Assembly: GCA_903916735.1 (NCBI GenBank)
Contig: CAIWXX010000053.1
Span: forward strand, 26,260 to 90,259
Length of the DNA stretch: 64,000 nt
Direction: 5' to 3'
DNA from: an uncultured Acidobacteriota bacterium
GTDB lineage: Bacteria; Acidobacteriota; CAIWXX01
The position numbers and the translations under genes are program-made. The notes beneath the pieces were generated by a model. That model had not been told where the DNA came from. It searched no databases and was given only the letters and a program-made list of their open reading frames with translations. Shown here in pieces: positions 20,180-29,924 of the stretch; the first letter of the stretch is position 1, and each line of letters begins with the position of its first letter.

Positions 20180-21757
20180 TCATTTCGGTCCCTCCTGCAA
20201 TTGGGTGAGGAGTCTGGTTATTTCAACTCCAAGCTTTCCACTCAGCATAACAATACGACCTTCAGCCAGAACGCGCCTCTGAAAACCTGTTTCCAAGATC
20301 AGCCGCACAGGATCGTTCGGTCCTCGCTGAAGCGTGGCGCATTGCCCGACCTGCCACCGCTTCAATTCGCCCACCGTAATCGGGAATCGATCCAGCTCAA
20401 CCACAATTTGGAGTTCAAGATCGTTGACCGGGACGGATTCTACTTCTTCAACCGGAGTCTCTTTTTCGGGCATAAGCAACCCACCTCCAGGAGTACGCAA
20501 CCAGAGTTTTTCGAGAGCCAGTGTAAGGCGGCCGGCGTCCATATGCAACTGCCCGTTGTGCCAAAAACCGCCTACTTTCAATGTCGCCGGCCCAAGGACG
20601 CGAGGAGTGATTGAGGATTCTTCAGTCCATGATTGGATCGTCCAGAGATCCGGCAGCATCGCATCCCCCGGATCAACCTGCTTCCAGTCGGACACCTTCA
20701 ACCTGATCATTCCGATGCAGACGGAAGCCGGCCATACCAGATCGGTGAGATCGATCGCCGCAGACTGAACAGTCATTTCGCCAATCGGCACAAGAACCGT
20801 GGTGGCAAGTTCAGTCGGCGGAAAGCCAAGCCACACATCTGCTTGCAGCCATTCCTGGCTCCCGGTCATCATTCGATCAGCCTCGGCTCCTGTCATCCAG
20901 CTATCGACTTGCACAAGTATCTGCAACTGATCGCTCAATACCTTCGCAACCTGCAGGAGGATAAATTGAGCGACACCTTCCTCGAGTGCATCCAAGCTCC
21001 AATTATCCTCAAACCGGATCTCGGTCAGCCGCTGCCAGCAAGCCTTGATCCATTGAATCGGCACCCGAACCCATGCCATTGAATCAGCCCACCGGACCCG
21101 CATCCAACGATCCGCTGGGTGAGCCAGCAAGCGGAATGGGCGAGGCTCCTTCACGAGCCGGAAGGCGTCTCCACGAATCTGAAGCAGAGGTGTTTCAGTT
21201 TCCGTACGCTGCGCATTCGCAAAAGTGAATGGATAGGGGCCGATTTCGAATCGGTCCCCAGACCGTAATGCGACCGGAGTCAGAGGCTCTAAACCGACTC
21301 CGTTGAGTCGTGTGCGATTCGTACTCTTCAAATCCATCAACGTCACAACCCCGCGGTCCACCCGGATCTCGGCATGCTCAGTTGAAACCGTCGGACTCGG
21401 AAGCTGGATATGGCAAGACTCACCTCGCCCGATCCGGACCGGCGTGTGATGAAGATGAATTTCCCGTTCCGTCCCATCCGAATCGCGCAAGGTGAGAAGC
21501 AAAGCGAACTCGCCCTGTCCCAAATAGGGCCACCAGGGAGACATCGCCGCTGGCAGGCGATGTACAAAAAGCGGAAGCCATGGGCACAGCTTCTTACGAA
21601 CAAAGGCCTCCCTCATCTGACGATCAATTTCAGCCGGCGTTACTGTCGGTAGAAAATCAATCCAACTCTGCGCCATGCCGCTCTCACTCGCTGCCGCCGG
21701 AGGCTCCTGCGCCGTCGAGGATTCAGGGATGAGGTTATTTCTTTTCCGAGCCATCAT
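20180..21757 (-). CDS. sctQ: FHA-domain :: SpoA (FliN/SctQ) fusion protein; cytoplasmic sorting platform/C-ring component
   Basis: FHA: HLHHTPVRIGRGESCHIQLPSPTVSTEHAEIRV...STNRTRLNGVGL. C-terminal surface-presentation-of-antigens domain: LQIVVELDRFPITVGELKRWQVGQCATLQRGPNDPVRLILETGFQRRVLAEGRIVMLSGKLGVEI. 525 aa. Confidence 0.75.
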   Translation of the reverse strand: MMARKRNNLIPESSTAQEPPAAASESGMAQSWIDFLPTVTPAEIDRQMREAFVRKKLCPWLPLFVHRLPAAMSPWWPYLGQGEFALLLTLRDSDGTEREIHLHHTPVRIGRGESCHIQLPSPTVSTEHAEIRVDRGVVTLMDLKSTNRTRLNGVGLEPLTPVALRSGDRFEIGPYPFTFANAQRTETETPLLQIRGDAFRLVKEPRPFRLLAHPADRWMRVRWADSMAWVRVPIQWIKACWQRLTEIRFEDNWSLDALEEGVAQFILLQVAKVLSDQLQILVQVDSWMTGAEADRMMTGSQEWLQADVWLGFPPTELATTVLVPIGEMTVQSAAIDLTDLVWPASVCIGMIRLKVSDWKQVDPGDAMLPDLWTIQSWTEESSITPRVLGPATLKVGGFWHNGQLHMDAGRLTLALEKLWLRTPGGGLLMPEKETPVEEVESVPVNDLELQIVVELDRFPITVGELKRWQVGQCATLQRGPNDPVRLILETGFQRRVLAEGRIVMLSGKLGVEITRLLTQLQEGPK

Positions 21758-21937
21758 TCAGTGTTCCGGGTTGAGGCGAACGCGCGAACGGGGTCAATAA
21801 GATCACTTGAGGAGCCTGTGTGTTGATAGGAAATCGTCGATAGAACATGCGTTTTTAATAGGCATGCCGATTGGATCGCCTCGCTTGCAGGCCATCGTGT
21901 CTCCACAACCGAGCCGCTGCCTTCGATCGTACCGACT

Positions 21938-22819
21938 CTATTCATCTTCCCTCTCAATGGACTCGCGTTGCCTTCGCCTCTCATCCTGCTGTTGCTGTTC
22001 GGATCCTTGATTCTGCTTCCATTCGTTCTCACTTGAAGCGTGGGATCGCACGAGGGGTTCCGATGGCCCGCTGCGAGTTGGTTCCGTCGTCGGCACGGGC
22101 TGAGGTTCGAACTTGAAGGCCGAATGATCAAGGGTCTGGACGGAGATTTCTTTAAGCACGACCCCCCGAGCATTAAGACGATCAGCCAGCTCCGACACAT
22201 GTGATTTCAGAAGATCCTGTGCGGCGGCTGTGACGGCTTGAAAATCAATCTTGATTTGTCCGTCAGATGTGCGATGAAGCTCTACCGTCATGTTTCCAAG
22301 GTTCGCCATGTTCAGCTCAAGATGCACATCAGTGGCTCCTCCAGGTTGCATCCGGATCTGTACGGCATCCACAATCCGATCAGCAATGGCGTGAATGGAC
22401 TGGTGCGTGGCGTGCATGGTCTGGACATGGACCAGGGGCCGAAACTCGATGGGTTGTTGCGACAACATAAACGGCACAACAACATCGCCTGGCATCGCGC
22501 GTCGCTGAGAAGAGGAATCGTCCCGGCTCCCCTGATCGCCGGAATCCCCCTCCTGTTGACTCGATCCATCCTTGTATTCCTGGAGGAGCTTCACTCCATG
22601 CTCGGTGCCTCGTGCTGTCTCCAACTTCTCCCCATGGACGTTCTCGCGGCCTCGCAGCACGGTACTCTCACTCTGTGCCCGTGTCGTGTGTTGGCCCGCC
22701 GCCTTCTGTTCGATGACCTGATCGAACTCGCCCTTCTGTCCTTCCGCCTTCTTGTCTGGCGGCGCCTCGGCAGGCGCGGTTGATGATTGAGACCCTCTCG
22801 TCTTATTCACGGGTTCCAT
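21938..22819 (-). CDS. sctP: needle/hook-length control protein SctP-like (FliK/YscP C-terminal domain)
   Basis: Low-complexity Q/E/S-rich N-half. C-terminal FliK-like region QPGGATDVHLELNMANLGNMTVELHRTSDGQIKIDFQAVTAAAQDLLKSHVSELADRLNARGVVLKEISV. Start at MEPVNK with a GGAGGAG RBS. Confidence 0.6.
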   Translation of the reverse strand: MEPVNKTRGSQSSTAPAEAPPDKKAEGQKGEFDQVIEQKAAGQHTTRAQSESTVLRGRENVHGEKLETARGTEHGVKLLQEYKDGSSQQEGDSGDQGSRDDSSSQRRAMPGDVVVPFMLSQQPIEFRPLVHVQTMHATHQSIHAIADRIVDAVQIRMQPGGATDVHLELNMANLGNMTVELHRTSDGQIKIDFQAVTAAAQDLLKSHVSELADRLNARGVVLKEISVQTLDHSAFKFEPQPVPTTEPTRSGPSEPLVRSHASSENEWKQNQGSEQQQQDERRRQRESIEREDE

Positions 22820-22927
22820 ATGACTCTCCTCCCCTGTGGATGAGCAGAGCACCTCTCCCGGTCACACTGCTCCTCCGCACCTCTACGGAAACAACCAGCC
22901 CAGCGCGTTCCCCCTTCGTCATGACAA

Positions 22928-23449
22928 TCATGCCTCAGAGTCCTCCTCCTCAGCCTGCTCAGCAGCATCCCGCACAAATCGAGCCAGAGCGATCTCTTCT
23001 CCGAGTTTCTGCTCTTTCTTCGCTGCTTCCTTTTTGACATCGGCCAACCAGTTTTCGTGATGTTTCTCGATCGCCTTCAATTCCTTGTCCGCTTCAACGA
23101 GGGCTGTCTTCCGCGACTCAACAACCTGCTCCGCCGTCTTGACAGCCTTTTCCTGCAAAACAATATTCTTGGCCTTTTCTTCAATCTGGTAGGTGAGATG
23201 CTGGATACCATTTCGTCTCGCGTCGACGAGTGGCACACTGAGAAGGCCTTTCTCATCGGTGTCGTAAAGATGGAGTTGCCAATCGGCCCGCGAAGCGATC
23301 ATTGCATCCTTCTCTCTTTCCAGCTGGCTGAGTCGCTGTTGTTCGGCGTCGAGTGCCTGAATAGAGGTCGCAAAATTCTTTTTCGCATCCTCCTTGGCGC
23401 GGTTCCGCTGATCCAGTATTGTCTGCAGCGGGTATTTCGGCAATCCCAT
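22928..23449 (-). CDS. sctO: T3SS stalk protein SctO (FliJ/YscO), coiled coil
   Basis: 173-aa all-helical K/E/Q-rich protein (…QRLSQLEREKDAMIASRADWQ…) located between sctN and sctP. Confidence 0.6.
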   Translation of the reverse strand: MGLPKYPLQTILDQRNRAKEDAKKNFATSIQALDAEQQRLSQLEREKDAMIASRADWQLHLYDTDEKGLLSVPLVDARRNGIQHLTYQIEEKAKNIVLQEKAVKTAEQVVESRKTALVEADKELKAIEKHHENWLADVKKEAAKKEQKLGEEIALARFVRDAAEQAEEEDSEA

Positions 23450-23499
23450 GTCCTATCGCCTTCTCCAGAGAAGCGTCGATATGCGATTTCGACTGTCTC

Positions 23500-24903
23500 C
23501 TATTTCATTCCGATGACGTTTTTCATCATGATGACCGTCTCATCGAAGCCGTTTTTCTCAAGTGTTCCCTGCCGGAGAAATCCCTCGATTGTTGGAAATC
23601 TTTCAATGGATTCATCAACTCGAGTGTCGGAGCCTTTTTTATAGGCACCGAGGAGAATGAGATCCCGGTTCTTTTCATAATTGGCGATCAGTTCTCGAAC
23701 TTTCTGCGCCGCCATCAAGTGCTCCTGCGTCGCGATAGCCGTCATGACTCGACTTGCGCTACGAAGAACATCGATGGACGGGAAATGACCGCGCGCCGAT
23801 AACTCTCGCGAGAGAATAAGATGTCCATCCAGAATGGATCGGACCTCGTCCGCAACCGGTTCTGTCATATCATCGCCTTCGACAAGGACTGTATAGAATG
23901 CCGTAATGGAACCCTTCTGCGAGTTGCCGGCCCGTTCGAGCAACTTCGGTAGGATTGCAAAAACCGAAGGCGGAAAACCGGCGCGCGCCGGCGGCTCGCC
24001 GATGGCCAGCCCCACTTCTCTCTGGCTTCGCGCAAACCGCGTCACCGAGTCCATCATCAACATGACGCGCAGCCCCTGATCGCGAAAGTACTCGGCGATG
24101 GCCGTCGAAACATACGCCGATTTCAAGCGCACAAGAGACGGCTGATCGGATGTCGCAACGACGGTAACGGAGCGGGCGAGGCCTTCCGGGCCGAGACTCT
24201 CTTCGATGAAGTCCATGACTTCCCGACCGCGCTCGCCTATCAGTGCTATCACATTGACGTCGGCAACCGCGTTGCGAGCCAGCATGCCGAGCAGGGTTGA
24301 TTTGCCGCCGCCCGCTGCGGCAAAGATTCCCATACGCTGGCCTTCGCCGATGGAGAGCACCGAATCGATGGCACGAACACCGACAGGAAAGGGAAACAGG
24401 ACACGCTTGCGTTTCATCGGATCAGGAGGCGGAGCATAAATTGGGTATTCGACTGTCTGAGAAATATCGATCGGCCCTTTTCCGTCGATAGGTTCGCCCA
24501 GTCCGTTCAGGACGCGCCCGAGCAAACAGCGGCCGACTCGCACCGTCATCACATGCCCTGTCGGGCGCACTTCGCTGTCCGGACCGATTCCTGTAAGCTC
24601 GCCAAGAGCCATCAGGTAGACCAGATCGTTCTTAAACCCAACCACCTCCGCTCGCACAGGCTGATCACGCAGTGGTGTTTCGATGTAACATAGCTCGCCG
24701 ATCCGCACTCCAGGCACACGAGCCTTGATGACGAGACCGGTCACTTCGACGACGCGCCCCCTCACCTCGATGAGTGTGACGTCATCAATAAGTTCAAAGT
24801 AGTGCGTCAGGTCAAGGCCAACGAGTTCCTGCTCTGTCATATTACTACGCCTGTAGGATAACCCTGAAAGCCGATCGCCTGTCGTAGCGTCGTCTGCTTT
24901 CAT
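23500..24903 (-). CDS. sctN: T3SS ATPase SctN (FliI/YscN, F1/V1-ATPase beta-like)
   Basis: Walker [18 protein letters not shown]. Walker [47 protein letters not shown]. 467 aa, with a possible internal start at 24840. Confidence 0.92.
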   Translation of the reverse strand: MKADDATTGDRLSGLSYRRSNMTEQELVGLDLTHYFELIDDVTLIEVRGRVVEVTGLVIKARVPGVRIGELCYIETPLRDQPVRAEVVGFKNDLVYLMALGELTGIGPDSEVRPTGHVMTVRVGRCLLGRVLNGLGEPIDGKGPIDISQTVEYPIYAPPPDPMKRKRVLFPFPVGVRAIDSVLSIGEGQRMGIFAAAGGGKSTLLGMLARNAVADVNVIALIGERGREVMDFIEESLGPEGLARSVTVVATSDQPSLVRLKSAYVSTAIAEYFRDQGLRVMLMMDSVTRFARSQREVGLAIGEPPARAGFPPSVFAILPKLLERAGNSQKGSITAFYTVLVEGDDMTEPVADEVRSILDGHLILSRELSARGHFPSIDVLRSASRVMTAIATQEHLMAAQKVRELIANYEKNRDLILLGAYKKGSDTRVDESIERFPTIEGFLRQGTLEKNGFDETVIMMKNVIGMK

Positions 24904-24952
24904 CGGGCATTGAATGCTGTCTCTGCACTGTCATGATCACCTTGGAGCCGTC

Positions 24953-25615
24953 TTACCCCTGCCTGGGTGTACTTTGCGTGCCGGTTGTATCCCCCAGAAG
25001 ATGCCTCTCCATGACACGAATCTGAGTCCCAACGGTTGCGTCGACCATCCCGAATTCAGTCTCGATCTTGCATCCGCCGCGTTGCATGGCTTCATCCCCG
25101 ATGATTTCAATTTCGCCGATTGCAGGATTCCGTTCACGCCAGCGCTGGCGACGACTATCGAGAAGTGTATGATCGGCAGGATGAACACGCAGAATAATTT
25201 TCGATTGTGCACGGAGCGACCGAATCGCTTCGTCGATCATGGGCACAACAGATTCCGGAGACATTTCCAGCCGCTGCCGTACGATTTTTTCCGCGACACG
25301 CAGGGCGAGGCGAATGATCTGAGGCTTGGCCTGATCAAGAGTGCTCTTCATCTGTTGGCTGAGACGCTGCGTTTCTGCGTACCACTCGCTTAACCCGCGT
25401 TCACGGCCTTCCTGCAAACCCTGCTGCACGGCGGCATCATGATCAGATTGAGCCGATGCCAGGACCTGTTCCGCTTGAGCGTGTGCGGTCTCAATGATGC
25501 GCCGGCTTTCTTCTCCGGCAGCGATGACTTCGCGTTCGATAATTTTCGGAGTGGATGTAGGAGAGTACGAGGGCGGGTCCATTTCTTCCGTTGATCGCTT
25601 GATGATCTTCGTCAT
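24953..25615 (-). CDS. sctL: T3SS stator protein SctL (FliH/YscL)
   Basis: 220 aa. FliH-like C-terminal region IIRLALRVAEKIVRQRLEMSPESVVPMIDEAIRSL. Immediately upstream of sctN. Confidence 0.65.
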   Translation of the reverse strand: MTKIIKRSTEEMDPPSYSPTSTPKIIEREVIAAGEESRRIIETAHAQAEQVLASAQSDHDAAVQQGLQEGRERGLSEWYAETQRLSQQMKSTLDQAKPQIIRLALRVAEKIVRQRLEMSPESVVPMIDEAIRSLRAQSKIILRVHPADHTLLDSRRQRWRERNPAIGEIEIIGDEAMQRGGCKIETEFGMVDATVGTQIRVMERHLLGDTTGTQSTPRQG

Positions 25616-26592
25616 GACTTCGATGCTCCAGATGACGGCCGTTCATATCGAATCCGGCCTTTTTTACGGAGATCCCTGATGAGTTCCTTCAGCTGCTTTT
25701 TCCATCCTTCAATTGACGGCAGGACAGGCAATGCAGCCCAGGTGGGTGGAGTGTCAATCTTCTGTAGAATCCATCTCCCCAATGTCCTCGGCAGCCGATA
25801 AGCCAGCCGTTTGAAATTCACAGCTTGCAGATCCTGAATTCCACAGCGAAGCCAATCGGAAAGGCCGATCCACAGCAGTAGGTCTTGCAGCACGGGATGG
25901 GCTGTTCGCATCTCTTCGTAGATAATCAACCAGAACGAATCATCCACCCACTTTTTCATTTTGACAATGTCAGCAGCCACCGATTGAATGTCCTCCGGCA
26001 ATTGCCACATCAGCTGCTGCGCGTCGGCCCGCGGGAGCTTCCGCATACAGGAAACGATTCCGAATGTGCCGTGAGCACGCAGAAGCGTGATCACGTCGGA
26101 GTCATCGAACTCCCACAGACTTGACGGCAGATCACTCTCAGTCGGGCCTTTTTTCCATGGAGAGACTTCGGGGTATTTAAATTTGTTCTTGGCGCATTCA
26201 GAAAGCCACATTGGCCACCAGGCAGGGGTTCGCCCGTTAAGAATTGTCACCGTGGTCGGCGATGATTTTTGTGCGCGAGCGCGCGTTTCTTGAGGCAGCG
26301 TTTCCAGCGCCCAAAGGCGCCATTGTGCGGGCCAGGAACGCATCAGATAAATGAGCCATGAAGGGTGAATGGCCCGCCAAGGGATCGTCGATGCTCGCAT
26401 GCCCAATAGCATGAAAAGCCGCCTCTGCACATCCGGCTCCATTTTCTGAAGTTGTTCAGCCATATGGTGAGCCCGCCGCGTGTCGGCTTCTGTTGGTGGT
26501 CCTGAAAAAATCGGGGTCAGCGATCCCGCTTCCTTCCCTGCCTTCAATTCGGCGAAGGCAAAAGAAATATGACTGAGCGGGCTATATTCCAT
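25612..26592 (-). CDS. hypothetical protein at the SctK position (between sctJ and sctL)
   Basis: 326 aa with no clear family motif. Assigned by synteny only (Yersinia order yscJ-yscK-yscL). Faint resemblance to FliG-like helical repeats, not demonstrable by eye. Confidence 0.35.
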   Translation of the reverse strand: MEYSPLSHISFAFAELKAGKEAGSLTPIFSGPPTEADTRRAHHMAEQLQKMEPDVQRRLFMLLGMRASTIPWRAIHPSWLIYLMRSWPAQWRLWALETLPQETRARAQKSSPTTVTILNGRTPAWWPMWLSECAKNKFKYPEVSPWKKGPTESDLPSSLWEFDDSDVITLLRAHGTFGIVSCMRKLPRADAQQLMWQLPEDIQSVAADIVKMKKWVDDSFWLIIYEEMRTAHPVLQDLLLWIGLSDWLRCGIQDLQAVNFKRLAYRLPRTLGRWILQKIDTPPTWAALPVLPSIEGWKKQLKELIRDLRKKGRIRYERPSSGASKS

Positions 26593-26601
26593 GCAGCCGT
26601 C

Positions 26602-27408
26602 CTATTTAGCCTGCCGTTGCGCCGAATGAAGCTGGTGTTCGACGTCGGCGAGTTCGAAGCGAAGTTGTCCAAGGAGACGGCCTTGCCAAAAGAGCATAAA
26701 CGCCAGGACGAAAAAGATGAGGAAAACGAGTATTGCAGTGATCTTGAAAGTCGTCACAGACGCTTCAGCCACTGTCAGCGGTCCGAAGCTCGTGAATGTG
26801 TTGCTCTGCACCATTCTTGTCATTTGGATCTGTTTCATGACGACCGCGACGCTCTCCAGCTTCAAACCATTGACGCCGTTTGCAACAAGCTTCTGCACTT
26901 CTTCAAGGTGGAGCGGAGGCTGCCCGGCGGGGTCAGGCCGATATTCCAGCATGACAGAGGCTTTGGCTTCACCCCGCATTTGCCCGGCTATATCTTCCTC
27001 CGGCAAAACGATGTGAACGCGAGCCGCCACGACATTCGTGACCGATTCCAGAGTGTGCGACAGTTCGCCCTGAAGTGCTTCGAGAAAGAGCGCTTTTTCT
27101 TCGATGGGTGCCACGACCAATTTACTCTTCCCGAAAACATCCTGAAAGCGGCGGCTCGGCATCGCCGGCAACTTGTATTCCTGCAAAACGCTCCACACCT
27201 TGACAGCATCCCGCTTCGGCACCGTCACCCTCCAGGTATTCGCCTCGGCATTATCAAGTTCCTTTGTGGCGATGATGCCCTGATCCTGTAGGATCGCGAT
27301 CACTTGATTCGAGTCCTGCTCGGACAGACTGTGCAAAATCGCCGTGCGACAGCTCGTCACCAACGGCATTGCGAGAATCACCATTAACAGCCATATGTGC
27401 TTTTTCAT
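26602..27408 (-). CDS. sctJ: T3SS inner-membrane ring lipoprotein SctJ (YscJ/PrgK)
   Basis: Start MKKHIWLLMVILAMPLVTSC (lipobox) preceded by a GGAGGG RBS. CRTAILHSLSEQDSNQVIAILQDQGIIATKE…WRVTVPKRDAVKVWSVLQEYKLP is the YscJ signature. C-terminal TM. The ORF track extends to 27675. Confidence 0.85.
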   Translation of the reverse strand: MKKHIWLLMVILAMPLVTSCRTAILHSLSEQDSNQVIAILQDQGIIATKELDNAEANTWRVTVPKRDAVKVWSVLQEYKLPAMPSRRFQDVFGKSKLVVAPIEEKALFLEALQGELSHTLESVTNVVAARVHIVLPEEDIAGQMRGEAKASVMLEYRPDPAGQPPLHLEEVQKLVANGVNGLKLESVAVVMKQIQMTRMVQSNTFTSFGPLTVAEASVTTFKITAILVFLIFFVLAFMLFWQGRLLGQLRFELADVEHQLHSAQRQAK

Positions 27409-27646
27409 CGCCGGATGTTCCCTCCATTTCTGCGAAAGATGCTGAATCCTTGCGAAAATCATAAAGCACATGGGCTGCAAAGTCCAACGCCTGATTTCAC
27501 GACGTCGGGTTCTGTATTCAATGCTTCCGATGCGTTCCGTTCCTTCGGCGCAGGGAAAACAAAGTACCGTCGTCGCGCCATGCATGGCATCGCCCAGGTC
27601 GCTTGGGTGATCCAGAGAGATATACAGCCGATCATTTGCTTCTTCA

Positions 27647-28315
27647 TCAGGGACCAGACCCAATGGAAATCGCATGCATGCCCAACGATTCCCATTTGCT
27701 GCGATCGATGCGTGTCAATGTGATATCAACCCGGGAGCCATCTGACCGAGCGACATGCATACGATCATAAATATCAAAACCCGCAGCCAGGGTTATTCTT
27801 TCCGAGGCCGTATTGCCGGCCAGATGGTACGTGAAAATCGTTTGCAGGTTCAGGCGGAGAAAGAGGTAATCCCGCAAGGTGCAGCCGGCATCCAAACCAA
27901 TACTGATGCCGTTCCGTTGCCTCCTTGCAATAATAGGTCGCATCGCCAAAGGGTCCAGTACAAGCTGCCCGAGCCATGCCGTGCTCGCATTCTGATCCCA
28001 GTTGTACCAACCCACCATCCCCAGGAGATGATTTAGATCTTTATCACGGATCGCCAAAAGAACGGCATACGGCCGTCCAATGCCGAATCTCATCTGAACC
28101 CAGATCGCTCCTGAATCAACCGGGGCCGTGTCGAATGACCACCTCAGAAGCTGAGGTGAATTGCGCAGCTGAATGATCCGATCATATTCGGAAAGCTCGG
28201 GCAACCCGATCCGTATGGACTGACCTTCGCACAGATAAGCGGCCGCCCCTGTGAGAGATGCCACAGACATGGAAGGTCCTTCCGCAGCCGTCGCATAACC
28301 CGACGCAGAGGACAT
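27647..28315 (-). CDS. GNAT-family N-acetyltransferase (RimL/RimJ-like)
   Basis: …AIRDKDLNHLLGMVGWYNWDQNASTAWLGQLVLDP… and …ISIGLDAGCTLRDYLFLRLNLQTIFTYHLAGNTASERITLAAGF resemble the GNAT fold. Occupies the slot between the sctI-like gene and sctJ. Confidence 0.5.
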   Translation of the reverse strand: MSSASGYATAAEGPSMSVASLTGAAAYLCEGQSIRIGLPELSEYDRIIQLRNSPQLLRWSFDTAPVDSGAIWVQMRFGIGRPYAVLLAIRDKDLNHLLGMVGWYNWDQNASTAWLGQLVLDPLAMRPIIARRQRNGISIGLDAGCTLRDYLFLRLNLQTIFTYHLAGNTASERITLAAGFDIYDRMHVARSDGSRVDITLTRIDRSKWESLGMHAISIGSGP

Positions 28316-28370
28316 TGAAGGAGTGCGAGGAAGGGGCTCCTTCCAAACGTGCTCTTCGCAGGCTGGATGA

Positions 28371-28844
28371 CTATACCTGTTGCTGCATCAGCTGCTTGAT
28401 TCCTGAGACCGCCTCCGATACGACTTTGGTCGTCACTTCGATATGCAAACTGAGCTCATGCATTTCGCCCTGAATCCCGAGGAGTTCTTGTGGCGTATAG
28501 GTGCGATTGCCCTGTAATTGATGGATCAGTTCGTTCAGGCGATTATATCCCGATTCAAGTTCAGTGCCCAACATCTTCAGGCCCTCTGGCGTCTGTGCAA
28601 TTTCCTGCTTTTGTGCCGTCAGTTCCTGAACACGCAGATCGGGTCCGAGGTGCTCGGCCGTCAGCGTGATCTGTTGTTGTTGCGGGCCTTGGATGCCCGC
28701 ACCTTGTTGCATCTGCTGATTTTCACCGAGCTTCGAGAGGACGTCATCGAATTCCTTCAGATTGCCCGGGCCTTCCGACACCAGCTTCTGAGCTTGTTGC
28801 AGAACAGGTCCAATAGATTCCGCTCCGGTGATCGACATCATCAT
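28371..28844 (-). CDS. putative T3SS inner-rod/needle-family protein (SctI-like)
   Basis: 157-aa Q-rich helical protein whose C-terminus (…LHIEVTTKVVSEAVSGIKQLMQQQV) resembles needle/rod family C-termini. Position matches yscI in yscE-F-G-(H)-I-J order. Confidence 0.35.
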   Translation of the reverse strand: MMMSITGAESIGPVLQQAQKLVSEGPGNLKEFDDVLSKLGENQQMQQGAGIQGPQQQQITLTAEHLGPDLRVQELTAQKQEIAQTPEGLKMLGTELESGYNRLNELIHQLQGNRTYTPQELLGIQGEMHELSLHIEVTTKVVSEAVSGIKQLMQQQV

Positions 28845-28909
28845 CTCCTTTCAGCAGAGCAGCGGCACGTTCCTTGCCCTGGCCGCTGTGCCGGGAATCG
28901 CCATCAGCC

Positions 28910-29311
28910 CTAACCGGCTCGTTGGAAAATTCCGGCCCGAAGCCCGTTCAAGAGCCCGCCGGCGAATGCAACAGCTTGTGGATCTCGATTATTATTGGTG
29001 ACAGTATTCAACATCGATTCTGCTTCGGACCAGCGCTTCTGCACAATCAGAGATTCGGCCAGGTAAGCGCGGGCCAGATCATGCTCTTCGTGCTGCTGCA
29101 AAACCTGACGATAGAGCCGCTCCGCTCCGGCATACTGTCCTTGAGCGAAATGCAACATCCCGAGAAACAGGGCTGGGGTCGGATCGGAGGGGCGAAGAGT
29201 TTGGGCTGCTTCAAGCAATGCGCAGGCCTCCGGCATTGAACCCATCCGCAGACTGAAATAGCCCAGTTCAAGCAGAAGCCGTGGAATTTGTTCCTGGAAG
29301 TCTCTCGTCAT
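28910..29311 (-). CDS. TPR-repeat T3SS chaperone (YscG-like needle-subunit chaperone)
   Basis: 133 aa, three TPR-like helical repeats (…ALFLGMLHFAQGQYAGAERLYRQVLQQHEEHDLARAYLAESLIVQKRWSEAE…). Immediately downstream of the needle gene. Confidence 0.5.
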   Translation of the reverse strand: MTRDFQEQIPRLLLELGYFSLRMGSMPEACALLEAAQTLRPSDPTPALFLGMLHFAQGQYAGAERLYRQVLQQHEEHDLARAYLAESLIVQKRWSEAESMLNTVTNNNRDPQAVAFAGGLLNGLRAGIFQRAG

Positions 29312-29346
29312 ATCTACCTCATGGTGCGCGACGCAGGCGCATCAAA

Positions 29347-29607
29347 TCACTTGAAGTTGCGAATGGCTGTTGTGGAGGAGTCGAATCGGGCTTTCATGAT
29401 CGTCGACAGAGCCTGAAACACCTGTTGTTCTTTGAGCATGGATTGCTGGAGTTTGAGGTAATAGCCCATGTCCTGTGATCCGGTAGCCTGCGAATCATTG
29501 AGAAGCTTTCCGAACTCTTCAGTGTTGGCATTCGACGTGGAAATGGGATCGCTCCCTCCTGCCACTGTCTGTGAGGATCCGGCATAAGTGATTTTCGTCG
29601 AGCTCAT
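29347..29607 (-). CDS. sctF: T3SS needle filament protein SctF (YscF/PrgI/MxiH family)
   Basis: 86 aa. C-terminus …YYLKLQQSMLKEQQVFQALSTIMKARFDSSTTAIRNFK parallels PrgI/MxiH …YQSKLSEY.LYRNAQSNTVK..KD.DAAIIQNFR. ATGA overlap with the upstream yscE-like gene. Confidence 0.7.
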   Translation of the reverse strand: MSSTKITYAGSSQTVAGGSDPISTSNANTEEFGKLLNDSQATGSQDMGYYLKLQQSMLKEQQVFQALSTIMKARFDSSTTAIRNFK

Positions 29608-29807
29608 ATCTTGCCTCCATATGTCTTATACAGAATCGGCAGCAGTTGCACTGCCATCTGTAGTCCCTTCTGCACGGCCGGCGCCGGTTCCCGCCGGACC
29701 TGAGCCGCGAGATAATCGAGACGTTCCCGGAAATCATTTGACGGCTGGCGGAGCCAGTCGGCAAGCGTCGGAAATGCCTCTGCGTCCAGTTTCAGATTTT
29801 CTGCCAT
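29604..29807 (-). CDS. YscE-like needle co-chaperone
   Basis: 67-aa helical protein directly upstream of, and translationally coupled to, sctF. Size and position match YscE/PscE. AAGGAGG RBS. Confidence 0.45.
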   Translation of the reverse strand: MAENLKLDAEAFPTLADWLRQPSNDFRERLDYLAAQVRREPAPAVQKGLQMAVQLLPILYKTYGGKI

Positions 29808-29830
29808 GCATGGCCTCCTTGATTCCTCAA

Positions 29831-29836
29831 ATTATA
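29831..29836 (-). promoter_or_regulatory. candidate sigma-70 -10 hexamer (TATAAT on minus strand) about 25 bp upstream of the yscE-like start
   Basis: Minus-strand read: …cggatcacTTATAATttgaggaatcAAGGAGGccATG. Perfect -10 hexamer. No convincing -35. Confidence 0.3.
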
Positions 29837-29889
29837 AGTGATCCGTCGGTTTCTTTCAGCGTTCAGAGCCTCTCGCATAAGAGGAAATC

Positions 29890-29924
29890 GGACAGAGGCA
29901 TCGTGCGTTATCATGCCTCTGTCC
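29890..29924 (-). terminator. intrinsic-terminator-like hairpin between the chaperone/Gly-rich-protein genes and the needle operon
   Basis: Perfect 12-bp stem ggacagaggcat / atgcctctgtcc with an 11-nt loop. On the minus strand it is followed by gaTTTccTcTTaT. Confidence 0.5.
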
